From the NCBI GenBank assembly GCA_035650715.1, contig DASRHC010000004.1, positions 85,160-149,159 of the forward strand: 64,000 nt of DNA, in the 5' to 3' direction. The position numbers and the translations under genes are program-made. Below are positions 48,978 through 57,781 of the stretch, in pieces (position 1 is the stretch's first letter; every line of letters begins with the position of its first letter). Origin of the DNA: Candidatus Methylomirabilota bacterium. GTDB lineage: Bacteria > Methylomirabilota > Methylomirabilia > Rokubacteriales > CSP1-6. The notes below the pieces were generated by a model. It saw nothing but the letters and a program-made list of their open reading frames with translations. It was not told where the DNA came from and ran no database searches.

Positions 48978-50117
48978 TCAGCCGCTCGCCTGGCGCGCGA
49001 ACCGCTCCAGGTGGTGCTCCGCGTCGCCGAAGGTCTGGGCGATCATGGTGAGCCGGCGGAACGTGTGGCTCACCTTGAGCTCCTCGGTCATGCCCATGCC
49101 TCCGTGCAGCTGGACGGATTCCTGGCTCACGTGGCGGCAGGCGTCGGCCACCTTGATCTTGGCCGCGGAGACCGCGCGGCGGCGCTCGTCGGGCGGCGCG
49201 GTGTCCACCTTCACGCAGGCCAGGCAGGCCATGGAGCGCGCCTGCTCGTAGCTGATCACCATGTCGACCATGCGGTGCTGCAGGGCCTGGAAGCTGCCGA
49301 TCGGCACCCCGAACTGCCGCCGGGTCTTGAGGTACTCGAGCGTCGCCTCGTTGGCGAAGCGGATGCCGCCCACCGCCTCCGCGCAGAGCAGCGCGGTGGC
49401 GTAGTCCGCCGCGTCCTCGATCAGCGGCAGCGCGCGCCCCTCCTCGCCGAGGCGCGCCTCCTCCGGGACGGTGACGCCCGAGAGCCACACGTCGGCGGCC
49501 CGGAGCTCGTCGATGGTGCGGTACTCCTTGAGGGTCACGCCGGGCGCCCCGCGCTCCACCAGGAACAGGCTGATGCCGGCCGGGTCGGTGTCGGCGCCGC
49601 CGGTGCGGGCGGACACGATCAGGGTGTCGGCGGACCGTCCGTGCAGCACCGCGCGCTTCTCGCCCTCCAGCGTGTAGCCCCCGCCGGTGCGCTTGGCCCG
49701 CAGGCCCACGTGGGCCAGGTCGTAGCGGGCGGTGCGCTCGGTGTGCGCGAACGCGACGCGATGCTTGCCCTGGATCAGGGCGGGGAGGATCCGCTTCTGC
49801 TGCGCCTGGGAGCCGGCGCGCGCCACCAGCCGACCCGCAAGCCCCACGTTCACCCAGTAGGGCTCGACCACCAGGCTCTCGCCGAGCGCCTCCATGACCA
49901 GCATCACGTCCACCGCGTTGCCGCCGAAGCCGCCGTGCTCCTCCGCGAACGGCACGCCGAGCAGCCCCATCTCGGCGAACGCGGCCCAGACCTTCTCGCT
50001 CCAGCCCGTGTCGGAGTCGACGATCCTCGCCCGCGCATCCAGCGAGTACTCGTTCGCCAGATATCGCTTGAGGCTGTCCGCCAGCAGCTGCTGCTCTTCA
50101 GTCAGATCAAAGTTCAT
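48978..50117 (-). CDS. Acyl-CoA dehydrogenase
   Basis: 379 aa, an ACAD N-/middle-/C-domain signature. Begins MNFDLTEEQQLLADSL. Confidence 0.9.
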   Translation of the reverse strand: MNFDLTEEQQLLADSLKRYLANEYSLDARARIVDSDTGWSEKVWAAFAEMGLLGVPFAEEHGGFGGNAVDVMLVMEALGESLVVEPYWVNVGLAGRLVARAGSQAQQKRILPALIQGKHRVAFAHTERTARYDLAHVGLRAKRTGGGYTLEGEKRAVLHGRSADTLIVSARTGGADTDPAGISLFLVERGAPGVTLKEYRTIDELRAADVWLSGVTVPEEARLGEEGRALPLIEDAADYATALLCAEAVGGIRFANEATLEYLKTRRQFGVPIGSFQALQHRMVDMVISYEQARSMACLACVKVDTAPPDERRRAVSAAKIKVADACRHVSQESVQLHGGMGMTEELKVSHTFRRLTMIAQTFGDAEHHLERFARQASG

Positions 50118-50149
50118 CCGATGCTCCTAGCGGGAATGTGCACTCGGCA

Positions 50150-50345
50150 CCGCGACGTGGGCGGGGTGGAGGGCGAGCGGGGCGGGGCGTGGGGGGGCCG
50201 GGTGACCCGTTCCCGCCCGGGGCGGACCGCCCGACATCCGCCCAGGTTGGGAACTCCTCCGAAGGTGGCCGCGGAGGACACGGTCGTGGTCAGAGGCCCC
50301 CCACGCCCCGCACCGCCCGCCCCCCACCCCGCCGGACCTCGCCAC
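50150..50345. repeat. Large imperfect inverted repeat: a ~42-bp G-tract-rich arm and its C-rich complement, separated by a ~95-nt loop
   Basis: Arm 1 is GTGGGCGGGGTGGAGGGCGAGCGGGGCGGGGCGTGGGGGGGCC. The reverse complement of arm 2 is CCGGCGGGGTGGGGGGCGGGCGGTGCGGGGCGTGGGGGGCC. Intergenic, between the two ACAD genes. Confidence 0.7.
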
Positions 50346-50349
50346 TGCG

Positions 50350-51531
50350 CTACAGCCCGAGCGTCGCCTTGGCGATGATGTTTCTCTGGATCTCGTTGGA
50401 GCCGGCGTAGATCGTCGCCTTGCGGAGGTTGCAGTATCTCGGCGCGAGGCGCGCGGTGAAGTGGTCGAAGTCCATGGCGTCCACGGGGCGGAAGGCCTGG
50501 GCGAGCGGGCCGGCGGCCTGCATCATCAGCTCGGTGATCGCCTGCTGGATCTCGGTGCCCTTGATCTTCAGCATCGACACGTCGGCGCCGGGTGGCCGGC
50601 CGCTGCGGCGCATCTGATCGAGGAAGCGCAGGTTGGTGATCTCGAGCGCCATCAGCTCGACCTCGACCCGGGTGAGACGGTCGCGGAAGCGCGGATCCTC
50701 GATGAGCGGGCGGCCGTCCTTCATCTGCTCCGCGGCCAGCTCCTTCAGCTTCTGCAGCTCGCGCTTGGAGGCGCCGATGCGGCCGGTGCCCATGCGCTCG
50801 TAGCCCAGCAGGTACTTGGCCACCGTCCAGCCCTTGCCCTCCTCGTGCACGAGGTTCTCGACCGGCACCTTCACGTCGTCGAAGAACACCTCGTTGACCT
50901 CCCTGCTGCCGTCCATCAGGACGATCGGCCTCACCGTGATGCCGGGCGTCTTCATGTCGATGAGCAGGAACGAGATGCCGTCCTGCCGCTTGCTCGTGTT
51001 GGGATCGGTGCGGACGAGGCAGAAGATCCAGTCCGCGTAGTGCGCGAGGGTGGTCCAGATCTTCTGGCCGGTGACCACGTAGTGGCCGTTCTCGCGCACC
51101 GCCCGCGTCTTGAGCGAGGCCAGGTCCGAGCCCGAGCCCGGCTCCGAGTAGCCCTGGCACCAGAAGTCGTCGCCGTTGTAGATGCGCGGCAGGAACCGCT
51201 TCTTCTGCTCCTCGGTGCCGAAGCGCAGCAGCACCGGCGCGCACATGCGCACCCCGAAGGGCACGATCATGGGGGTGGCCGCGTAGCCGCACTCCTCCTC
51301 GAAGATGTAGCGCTGCACCACGTTCCAGTCCGTCCCGCCCCACTCCTTCGGCCAGTCGGGGGCGACCCATCCCTTCCGGGCCAGGATCTTGTGCCAGCGC
51401 AGGAGCTCTTCCTTGCTCAGCTCCTGGTAGCTCTCCATCTTCTGGCGCAGATCCGCGGGCAGGTTCGTGCGGAGCCACCCGCGCACCTCGTCGCGGAACG
51501 CCAGCTCCTCGGGGGAGTAGTTCAGATCCAT
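50350..51531 (-). CDS. Acyl-CoA dehydrogenase
   Basis: 393 aa: MDLNYSPEELAFRDEVRGWL, and the C-terminal YAGSNEIQRNIIA. Confidence 0.9.
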   Translation of the reverse strand: MDLNYSPEELAFRDEVRGWLRTNLPADLRQKMESYQELSKEELLRWHKILARKGWVAPDWPKEWGGTDWNVVQRYIFEEECGYAATPMIVPFGVRMCAPVLLRFGTEEQKKRFLPRIYNGDDFWCQGYSEPGSGSDLASLKTRAVRENGHYVVTGQKIWTTLAHYADWIFCLVRTDPNTSKRQDGISFLLIDMKTPGITVRPIVLMDGSREVNEVFFDDVKVPVENLVHEEGKGWTVAKYLLGYERMGTGRIGASKRELQKLKELAAEQMKDGRPLIEDPRFRDRLTRVEVELMALEITNLRFLDQMRRSGRPPGADVSMLKIKGTEIQQAITELMMQAAGPLAQAFRPVDAMDFDHFTARLAPRYCNLRKATIYAGSNEIQRNIIAKATLGL

Positions 51532-51576
51532 CGTCGGGCTCCTTTGAGCAGGATGGCCTCGGGGCCGGGGGCCATG

Positions 51577-52611
51577 CTATCCCAGCGCGCGGATGAGGTC
51601 CAGCAAGCGGCCCAGGGTGGCCAGGCGCGCGGCGAGCCCCTCCCCCGCCGGCTCGACCCGGAGGGTCGTGATGCCGGCGCGGCGATAGGTCTCGAGGCGG
51701 GCGCGGACCATGGCCTCGGTGCCCAGGAGGTTGGTCTTGAGCACGAGCTCGTCCGGGACCCGGGCCGCGGCCTCCTCGCGCTTGCCGGCCAGCCAGAGCC
51801 GCTGCACCTCGATGGCGGCGTCCTCGTAGCCGGCCCGCCGGAAGGCGTCGTTGTAGAAGTTGTGCTGGCGGGAGCCCATGGCCCCGAGGGTGAAGGCGAG
51901 GCCGGGCTTGCGGGCGGGCAGGAGGCGCTCCACGTCGTCGGAGAAGGCCACGAAGCCGCCGGCCTGCAGGTCCAGGTCGGAGAGCGACCGGCCCGCCCGC
52001 GCGGCGCCGGCGGCCAGAGGGGCGGTGAAGATGCTGGCGTGGTCGGGCATGAAGGAGGTGCCGAGCCACCCGTCGGCGATCTCGCCCGTCATCTCAAGGC
52101 TACGCGGCGAAAGTGTCGCCAGATATATCGGAATACCTTGCTCTGGCCTGGCCGCAGACCGAAGGGCCTTGCCCTCGCCGCCGGGCAGCGGCAGCTGGTA
52201 GATCCGCCCCTTGTAGATGAGGTGCTGGCCGGTCACCGCCCGGCGGACGATCTCCACGATCTCTCGCATGCGCTGCACCGGCCGGTCGAACCGGATGCCG
52301 TGCCAGCCCTCGATCACCTGCGGCCCGCTCACGCCCAGCCCCAGCACGAACCGGCCGTTGGACATGGAGGCCAGGCTCATGGCGGTCATGGCGACCAGCG
52401 CGGGAGTCCGCGTGCCCGCCTGGATGATGCCCGTCCCCAGGCGAATGCGGGACGTGCGCGCGGCCATGAAGGCGAGCGGGGTGACCGCGTCGTGGCCCCA
52501 GGCTTCGGCGGACCAGACATCGTGGACCCCGAGGCGCTCCGCCTCGGTCACGTAGGCGCTCGCCTCCGCCCAGTCGGTCTGGGCCAGGCGCAGCGAGATC
52601 GAGACCCGCAT
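51577..52611 (-). CDS. LLM-class F420/flavin-dependent oxidoreductase
   Basis: Starts MRVSISLRLAQTDW inside ORF 51577..52989. Has VHDVWSAEAWGHD. Confidence 0.8.
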   Translation of the reverse strand: MRVSISLRLAQTDWAEASAYVTEAERLGVHDVWSAEAWGHDAVTPLAFMAARTSRIRLGTGIIQAGTRTPALVAMTAMSLASMSNGRFVLGLGVSGPQVIEGWHGIRFDRPVQRMREIVEIVRRAVTGQHLIYKGRIYQLPLPGGEGKALRSAARPEQGIPIYLATLSPRSLEMTGEIADGWLGTSFMPDHASIFTAPLAAGAARAGRSLSDLDLQAGGFVAFSDDVERLLPARKPGLAFTLGAMGSRQHNFYNDAFRRAGYEDAAIEVQRLWLAGKREEAAARVPDELVLKTNLLGTEAMVRARLETYRRAGITTLRVEPAGEGLAARLATLGRLLDLIRALG

Positions 52612-53153
52612 CAGGCGGGGCGGTCGGGGGGCGCCGAGGCGGGCGCGGCGAGGGCGGCGGCGATCTTCTGCAGCTGGCCGGCGTGATCCAGGTCGTGCAG
52701 GCGGGTGAAGAGCAGCGTCTCCCGCCAGGAGAGGGGCCCGAACATCGGGTGCTCGATCCGCCGGTCGGCGGCCGCCGCGGGGTCGGCGGCCAGGACGTCG
52801 GCGAAGAGCGTTTCGCGCTGGGCGTCCAGGGCGGCACACCACGCCTGGGCGGTCTGGAGCGGCGCGTCCTCGACGCGCTCCCGCGGCAGCCGGGGCTCCG
52901 CGGGGCGGCCGGCGAGGGCGGCGCGGATGCCACCGCCGAAGTAGCGGTCCGCCGCCAGCACGTGGGCCATCACCTCGTTGCCGCTCCACTCCCCGGGCTC
53001 GGGGCGCTCGCCGAAGCGCGCGGCCGGCACCGCCAGCGCCGCCTCGCGCAGGTCGGCCATGGCCGCCCGCACCTTGTCCACGATGGCCGTCGGCGTCAGC
53101 TTCGCGCCCTGCGCCACCAGGTAGCTCCGGATCCGCGCCAGCTCCTCGTTCAT
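52611..53153 (-). CDS. DinB_2 / DinB-superfamily (mycothiol-dependent isomerase-like) metal-binding protein
   Basis: Starts MNEELARIRSYLV inside ORF 52611..53192. His-rich C-terminus, HDLDHAGQ. Confidence 0.65.
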   Translation of the reverse strand: MNEELARIRSYLVAQGAKLTPTAIVDKVRAAMADLREAALAVPAARFGERPEPGEWSGNEVMAHVLAADRYFGGGIRAALAGRPAEPRLPRERVEDAPLQTAQAWCAALDAQRETLFADVLAADPAAAADRRIEHPMFGPLSWRETLLFTRLHDLDHAGQLQKIAAALAAPASAPPDRPA

Positions 53154-53193
53154 CGCGCCTCGGACTCTATCCCGCCCACCCGCCCCCCGCAAC

Positions 53194-53279
53194 GGGGTCA
53201 GGTCTTACATTCCGACATTGCCCAAACGCGAGACCCGACGCCATCCGCAATCAATGTCGGAATGTAAGACCTGACCCCA
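53194..53279. repeat. Inverted-repeat element copy 4. Perfect 25-bp arms with a 35-nt loop.
   Basis: Seen directly. Immediately 3' of the alpha/beta hydrolase gene stop. Confidence 0.9.
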
Positions 53280-53280
53280 T

Positions 53281-54045
53281 CTAGAGGACGCCGGTGGCGG
53301 TGAGGAATCGGGCGATCACCTGCTGGACCTCGGCGCGGTGGCTGCGGTTCGGGAAGTGGGGGCCGCCCTGCACCACGTGCAGGCGGGCGCCGGGGATGGT
53401 CTCGGCCACCCGACGCGACATGGCGACGGTGGGGTAGCGGTCGTCGGAGCCCGCGATGATCTGTACCGGGCAGCGGATGCGGCGGCAGTCGGCGAGCCAC
53501 TCGTGGCGGCTGTAGGTCTCGTCCAGCAGCGCCAGCAGCGAGGCGACCGAGTGGCGATGGAGCATCGCCACCATCTCCGCGTGACGCTCGGGCCGCGCCT
53601 TGAGCCGGGCCAGCGCCTCCTCCCCCATGCGCAGGCGCACGTTGGCGTCGAAGTAGTCGGCGAAGCGCCCCGTCTCCACCAAAGGTCGGTGGCGGGCCCA
53701 CCACGCCTTGTCCTCGGCGCTGGGCTCGTAGGGCGGGCCGCTGATCGAGATCACCGCCCGCGCCCGCTCGGGGGCGTGGACCGCGATCCACAGCGACAGC
53801 GCCGCGCCCATGGAAGCGCCGCCCCAGACCGCCTCCCGCACCCCGAGCACGTCGAGCCACGCCAGCAGGTCCTCGGCCTTCCGCGCATAGGTGTAGTCGG
53901 CCGCCCGCTCGAACCGCGTGGAGAGCCCGTGGCCGCGCGTGTCCGGGAACAGCGCGCGCACGCGGCCGACGAAGGGCTCGAGGTCGGCCACCATCATCGA
54001 CGAGTCCTCCACCGAGCCGCCGTGGATCCACACCATGACCGGCAC
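53281..54045 (-). CDS. Alpha/beta hydrolase fold protein
   Basis: 254 aa: VWIHGG, and GASMGAA. Confidence 0.8.
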   Translation of the reverse strand: MPVMVWIHGGSVEDSSMMVADLEPFVGRVRALFPDTRGHGLSTRFERAADYTYARKAEDLLAWLDVLGVREAVWGGASMGAALSLWIAVHAPERARAVISISGPPYEPSAEDKAWWARHRPLVETGRFADYFDANVRLRMGEEALARLKARPERHAEMVAMLHRHSVASLLALLDETYSRHEWLADCRRIRCPVQIIAGSDDRYPTVAMSRRVAETIPGARLHVVQGGPHFPNRSHRAEVQQVIARFLTATGVL

Positions 54046-54136
54046 CGGCCCCGCAGCCGAACCTGACGATGCGGACGACGATGGTGGCGACCCGGCCTCC
54101 CGCCAGTGGAGGCGGACGCCGGTGGGCAGGTCGACT

Positions 54137-54814
54137 TCAGGCAGGGCCCATCCTCTTCTCCAGGTAACGCGCGTAGCGGGACATGGAGTACGTGCACACC
54201 CAGTACACCACCGCGATGAAGAGGTAGATCGGGAACGGGCGGATCTCGCGGTTGTTCACCACCTGGGCGGCCTTGGTCAGGTCCATGAAGCCGATGATCG
54301 AAGCCAGCGAGGTGTCCTTGAACAGCACGATGAACTGGGTCACCAGCGACGGGATCATGTTCTTGAGCGCCTGCGGCAGGATCACGAAGCGCATGCCCTG
54401 CGCGCCCGAGAGGCCGAGCGCGGTGGCGGCCTCCACCTGCCCGCGCGGCACCGACTGGATGCCCGCCCGCACGATCTCGCCCAGGTACGCCGCCTCGAAG
54501 ATCACGAACGCGGCCAGGGCCACCCCGAACTCGGGGATCGTGGTGTTGAGCACGATCGGCATGATGAACCACATCCAGAAGATCACCATGACGAGCGGGA
54601 CGCCGCGGAAGAACTCCACGTACAGGACCGCGGGAGTGCGGATCCACCACTGCGGCGCGAGGCGGGCGATGCCGATGAAGATGCCGAGGATGAACCCGAG
54701 CACGATGGACGGGATCGCCAGCCGCACCGTCCCGCCCACGAAGTTGCCGATCCCCAGGAAGCCCTGCAGGAGCAGGAAGGGCAGGTTGCGCCAGATGACG
54801 TCGAGGTCGAGCAT
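54137..54814 (-). CDS. Polar amino acid ABC transporter permease (His/Glu/Gln/Arg/opine family)
   Basis: 225 aa, an EAA-loop-containing permease. Confidence 0.85.
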   Translation of the reverse strand: MLDLDVIWRNLPFLLLQGFLGIGNFVGGTVRLAIPSIVLGFILGIFIGIARLAPQWWIRTPAVLYVEFFRGVPLVMVIFWMWFIMPIVLNTTIPEFGVALAAFVIFEAAYLGEIVRAGIQSVPRGQVEAATALGLSGAQGMRFVILPQALKNMIPSLVTQFIVLFKDTSLASIIGFMDLTKAAQVVNNREIRPFPIYLFIAVVYWVCTYSMSRYARYLEKRMGPA

Positions 54815-54817
54815 GGC

Positions 54818-55540
54818 TCAGCGCCGCCGGCGGCCGCCGGTGATCAGCCCCGGGATGGCGGTGCGGCGCTCCACCCACGCCATGATGGTCGCGATGGAGA
54901 TGCACAGCACCAGGTAGATGAGCGTGCCGGCGGTCAGCGCCTCGATGGCCTTGGCGGTGTACGTCTCGATCTGACGCGTCTGGAAGGTCAGCTCGGCCAC
55001 GCTGATGGTGAGCGCCACCGAGGAGTTCTTCAGCAGGTTCAGCGACTCGTTGGTGCCGGGCGGGATGATCAGCCGCAGGGCCACCGGCAGGACCACGTAG
55101 CGGTAGGACTGGAAGGTGGTGAGCCCGGAGGCCACCGAGGCCTCGAGCTGGGTGCGGGGGATGGCCTGGATGCCGGAGCGCAGCACCTCGGAGAAGCGCG
55201 CCCCGCTGTAGACGCCGAGGGCGCACACCGCCGCCCAGAACTCGAGGCCGTGGGCGAAGAGCCAGCCCTGCACCTCCACGGGAAGGAGCGGCGGCACCGC
55301 GAAGTACCAGAAGAACATCCACACCAGCAGGGGGACGTTCCGGAAGAACTCCACGTAGACCGTGGCCGCGACGCGCAGGGGCGCGAAGCGCACCGTGCGG
55401 AGCGCGCCCGACACCACCCCGAGGACCGCCGCCAGCAGCCACGCCGCCGCGGACAGCTCGAGCGTGGTGATCAGGCCGCTCAGGAGCCAGGCGCCGGACT
55501 CGCCGGTCCAGAGCACCGACCAGTTGAACTGGTATCTCAT
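54818..55540 (-). CDS. Polar amino acid ABC transporter permease
   Basis: Starts MRYQFNWSVLW inside ORF 54818..55579. Hydrophobic. Confidence 0.8.
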   Translation of the reverse strand: MRYQFNWSVLWTGESGAWLLSGLITTLELSAAAWLLAAVLGVVSGALRTVRFAPLRVAATVYVEFFRNVPLLVWMFFWYFAVPPLLPVEVQGWLFAHGLEFWAAVCALGVYSGARFSEVLRSGIQAIPRTQLEASVASGLTTFQSYRYVVLPVALRLIIPPGTNESLNLLKNSSVALTISVAELTFQTRQIETYTAKAIEALTAGTLIYLVLCISIATIMAWVERRTAIPGLITGGRRRR

Positions 55541-55579
55541 CGACGGGGCCGCGACCCTCTCGACTCCGAACCCCCTCAC

Positions 55580-55650
55580 CCTGCCCTCCCCCCCGAGGGG
55601 GAAAGGGTGAGCGAGAGCCCTCCGGGGAGAGGATTGGGGTGAGGGGTTGA
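55580..55650. repeat. GC-rich REP-like palindromic element (family CCCTCACCCTGCCCTC...GGGGAGAGG...GGTGAGGG)
   Basis: Intergenic, between two minus-strand ABC genes. A related copy is at ~59330-59437, and partial matches fall inside imuB (~3380-3425) and imuA (~4500-4545). Confidence 0.6.
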
Positions 55651-55658
55651 GGGCGCTG

Positions 55659-56522
55659 CTACTTCGGCACCACCTGCAGGAGCATGAAGCTGCGGACCTG
55701 CGGGCTCATCGGATACGGCAGCTCGCCCTTGGGGCCGAACCACTTGTCGTAGATCTCGAAGAACTTCCCGGACTCGATGCCCTCCATCAGGCCCGCGTTC
55801 ACCACGTTGCGGAAATCGGCGTCGCCCTTCCGCATCGCCATGCCGTAGGGCTCGTAGGAGTAGAAGTCGCCCACGATCTCCCACTGGGCCGGGTTCTGGG
55901 CCTTCGACTTGAGCCCGGCCAGCTGGATGCCGTCGTTGGTGTAGGCATCGACCTGCCCCTGGACGAGGGCCTGGAAGGCGGCGGGCTGGTCCGGAAACTC
56001 GCGCAGCACCGCCTTGGGCGCCCTCTCGCGGAGGATCCGCGCGTTGGTCGAGCCCTGCTGGGCCGCGATGCGCTTTCCGTCGATGCTCTTGATGCCCTTG
56101 ATGGGGCTGCCCTTCTTGACCAGGAACTGGGCCCCGGTCACGAAGAACGTCAGCGAGAAGTCCACGCTCTCCCGCCGGGTCCGGGTGTCGGTCATGGTCT
56201 CGGCGATCAGGTCCACCGCGCCCGAGGACAGCAGCGGGATGCGGGTCGGCGGCGTGGATTCCTTCTTCTCGATCTTGATGGTCTTGCCGAGCTTCTTCTC
56301 GATCGCGGGCTTGATCAGCTCGTCGACCAGGTCGATGGAAAAGCCGACCCACTCGTTCTTGGCGTTGACGTAGGCGAAGGGCGGCGAACCGGTCCGGGTG
56401 CCGATCGTCAACGTGCCGGTCTCCCCGATCTTGTCGAGCGTGCTCTTCTGCTGGGCCGCCCCGGGGCCGACGCCCGCCACGAGCACCGTCAAGGCCACCA
56501 ACAATCCCATCAATCTCCGCAT
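55659..56522 (-). CDS. Polar amino acid ABC transporter substrate-binding protein (SBP family 3)
   Basis: 287 aa with a signal peptide. Begins MRRLMGLLVALTVLVAGVGPGAAQQ. Confidence 0.85.
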   Translation of the reverse strand: MRRLMGLLVALTVLVAGVGPGAAQQKSTLDKIGETGTLTIGTRTGSPPFAYVNAKNEWVGFSIDLVDELIKPAIEKKLGKTIKIEKKESTPPTRIPLLSSGAVDLIAETMTDTRTRRESVDFSLTFFVTGAQFLVKKGSPIKGIKSIDGKRIAAQQGSTNARILRERAPKAVLREFPDQPAAFQALVQGQVDAYTNDGIQLAGLKSKAQNPAQWEIVGDFYSYEPYGMAMRKGDADFRNVVNAGLMEGIESGKFFEIYDKWFGPKGELPYPMSPQVRSFMLLQVVPK

Positions 56523-56544
56523 GCACGTCCTCCTGGGTGAAAGG

Positions 56545-57282
56545 TCAGTGGGTCAGGATCTTCGACAGGAAATCCTTCGCGCGGTCGGACTGCGGGTTGG
56601 CGAAGAAGGCCTCCGGCTTCTGCACCTCCACGATCTTTCCGTAGTCCATGAATACGATTTGGCTCGCCACCCGTCGGGCAAAGCCCATCTCGTGAGTCAC
56701 CACCATCATCGTCATGCCCTCGCGGGCCAGATCCGTCATGACGTCCAGCACCTCGTTGATCATCTCGGGATCCAGCGCCGAGGTCGGCTCGTCGAACAGC
56801 ATGATGCGCGGCTGCATGGCCAGCGCCCGCGCGATGGCCACGCGCTGCTGCTGGCCTCCCGACAGGTTGGCCGGGTAGTAGTCGGCGCGGTCCGGGATGC
56901 GCACCCGCTCCAGCAGGGCCCGGGCGATCCGCTCGGCCTCCGCCGCGTCCAGCCCCTTCACCTTCCTCGGCGCCAGCGTGATGTTCTGCAGCACCGTCAT
57001 GTGGGGGAAGAGGTTGAAGGACTGGAAGACCATCCCCACCTCGGTGCGCAGCTTCACCAGGTTCACGCGCGGGCCGGTGATGGGCTCGCCGTGGACCCGG
57101 ATCTCGCCCCCCTGCACCGGCTCCAGCCGGTTCACGCAGCGGATGAGCGTGCTCTTGCCCGAGCCGGAGGGCCCACACACCACGATGACCTCGCCCGCGT
57201 CCACCGTGAGGTCCACGTCGGTGAGCACGTGGTGCGACCCGAACCACTTGTTGACACCCTTGAACTCGATGGCGGGCGGCAT
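56545..57282 (-). CDS. Polar amino acid ABC transporter ATP-binding protein (GlnQ/HisP-like)
   Basis: GPSGSGKST, LSGGQQQRVAIARAL. Confidence 0.9.
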   Translation of the reverse strand: MPPAIEFKGVNKWFGSHHVLTDVDLTVDAGEVIVVCGPSGSGKSTLIRCVNRLEPVQGGEIRVHGEPITGPRVNLVKLRTEVGMVFQSFNLFPHMTVLQNITLAPRKVKGLDAAEAERIARALLERVRIPDRADYYPANLSGGQQQRVAIARALAMQPRIMLFDEPTSALDPEMINEVLDVMTDLAREGMTMMVVTHEMGFARRVASQIVFMDYGKIVEVQKPEAFFANPQSDRAKDFLSKILTH

Positions 57283-57283
57283 G

Positions 57284-57781
57284 CTACTCGATCACCACCA
57301 GCACGTCGCCCGGATTGACCGCCTGGCCCGCCTCGACCCGGATCTCCTTCACGGTGCCGGCCACCGCCGCCTTGAACTCGTTCTCCATCTTCATGGCCTC
57401 GAGCACGATGAGGCCGTCGCCCGGCGCCACCGTCTGACCGATCGTGACCTCGACCACCGTGACCTTGCCCGGCATCGGCGCCTTGAGCACCTGGCCCCGG
57501 GCGCTCGCGGTCGCGCCGCGGGTGCGGATGAGGTAGCGCGTTTGCTCCTCGACCCGGATCGTGTAGCGCTCGCCCGCGACGTCGACCGCGTAGCCCGCCT
57601 CCTGCTCGGCGACGGCGGCCACGTGGGAGGCGCCGTCCAGCAGGATCGACCAGATGCCCTCCGCGGTCTGTCGCGCGTCCACGGTGACGGCGGCGCCGTC
57701 GATCACGAGCGTGTACCGCCCCGCCTCCCCGGTGACCTCGACCGGCACCGTGCGGCCGTCGTGCTCGGCCTGGAACTTCAC
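57284..57781 (-). CDS. Biotin carboxyl carrier protein / biotinyl-domain protein (BCCP)
   Basis: C-terminal biotinyl domain with EAMKMEN. A GTG start would overlap the biotin carboxylase stop (GTGA). It may instead be the frameshifted C-terminus of a fused BC-BCCP alpha subunit. Confidence 0.6.
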   Translation of the reverse strand: MKFQAEHDGRTVPVEVTGEAGRYTLVIDGAAVTVDARQTAEGIWSILLDGASHVAAVAEQEAGYAVDVAGERYTIRVEEQTRYLIRTRGATASARGQVLKAPMPGKVTVVEVTIGQTVAPGDGLIVLEAMKMENEFKAAVAGTVKEIRVEAGQAVNPGDVLVVIE

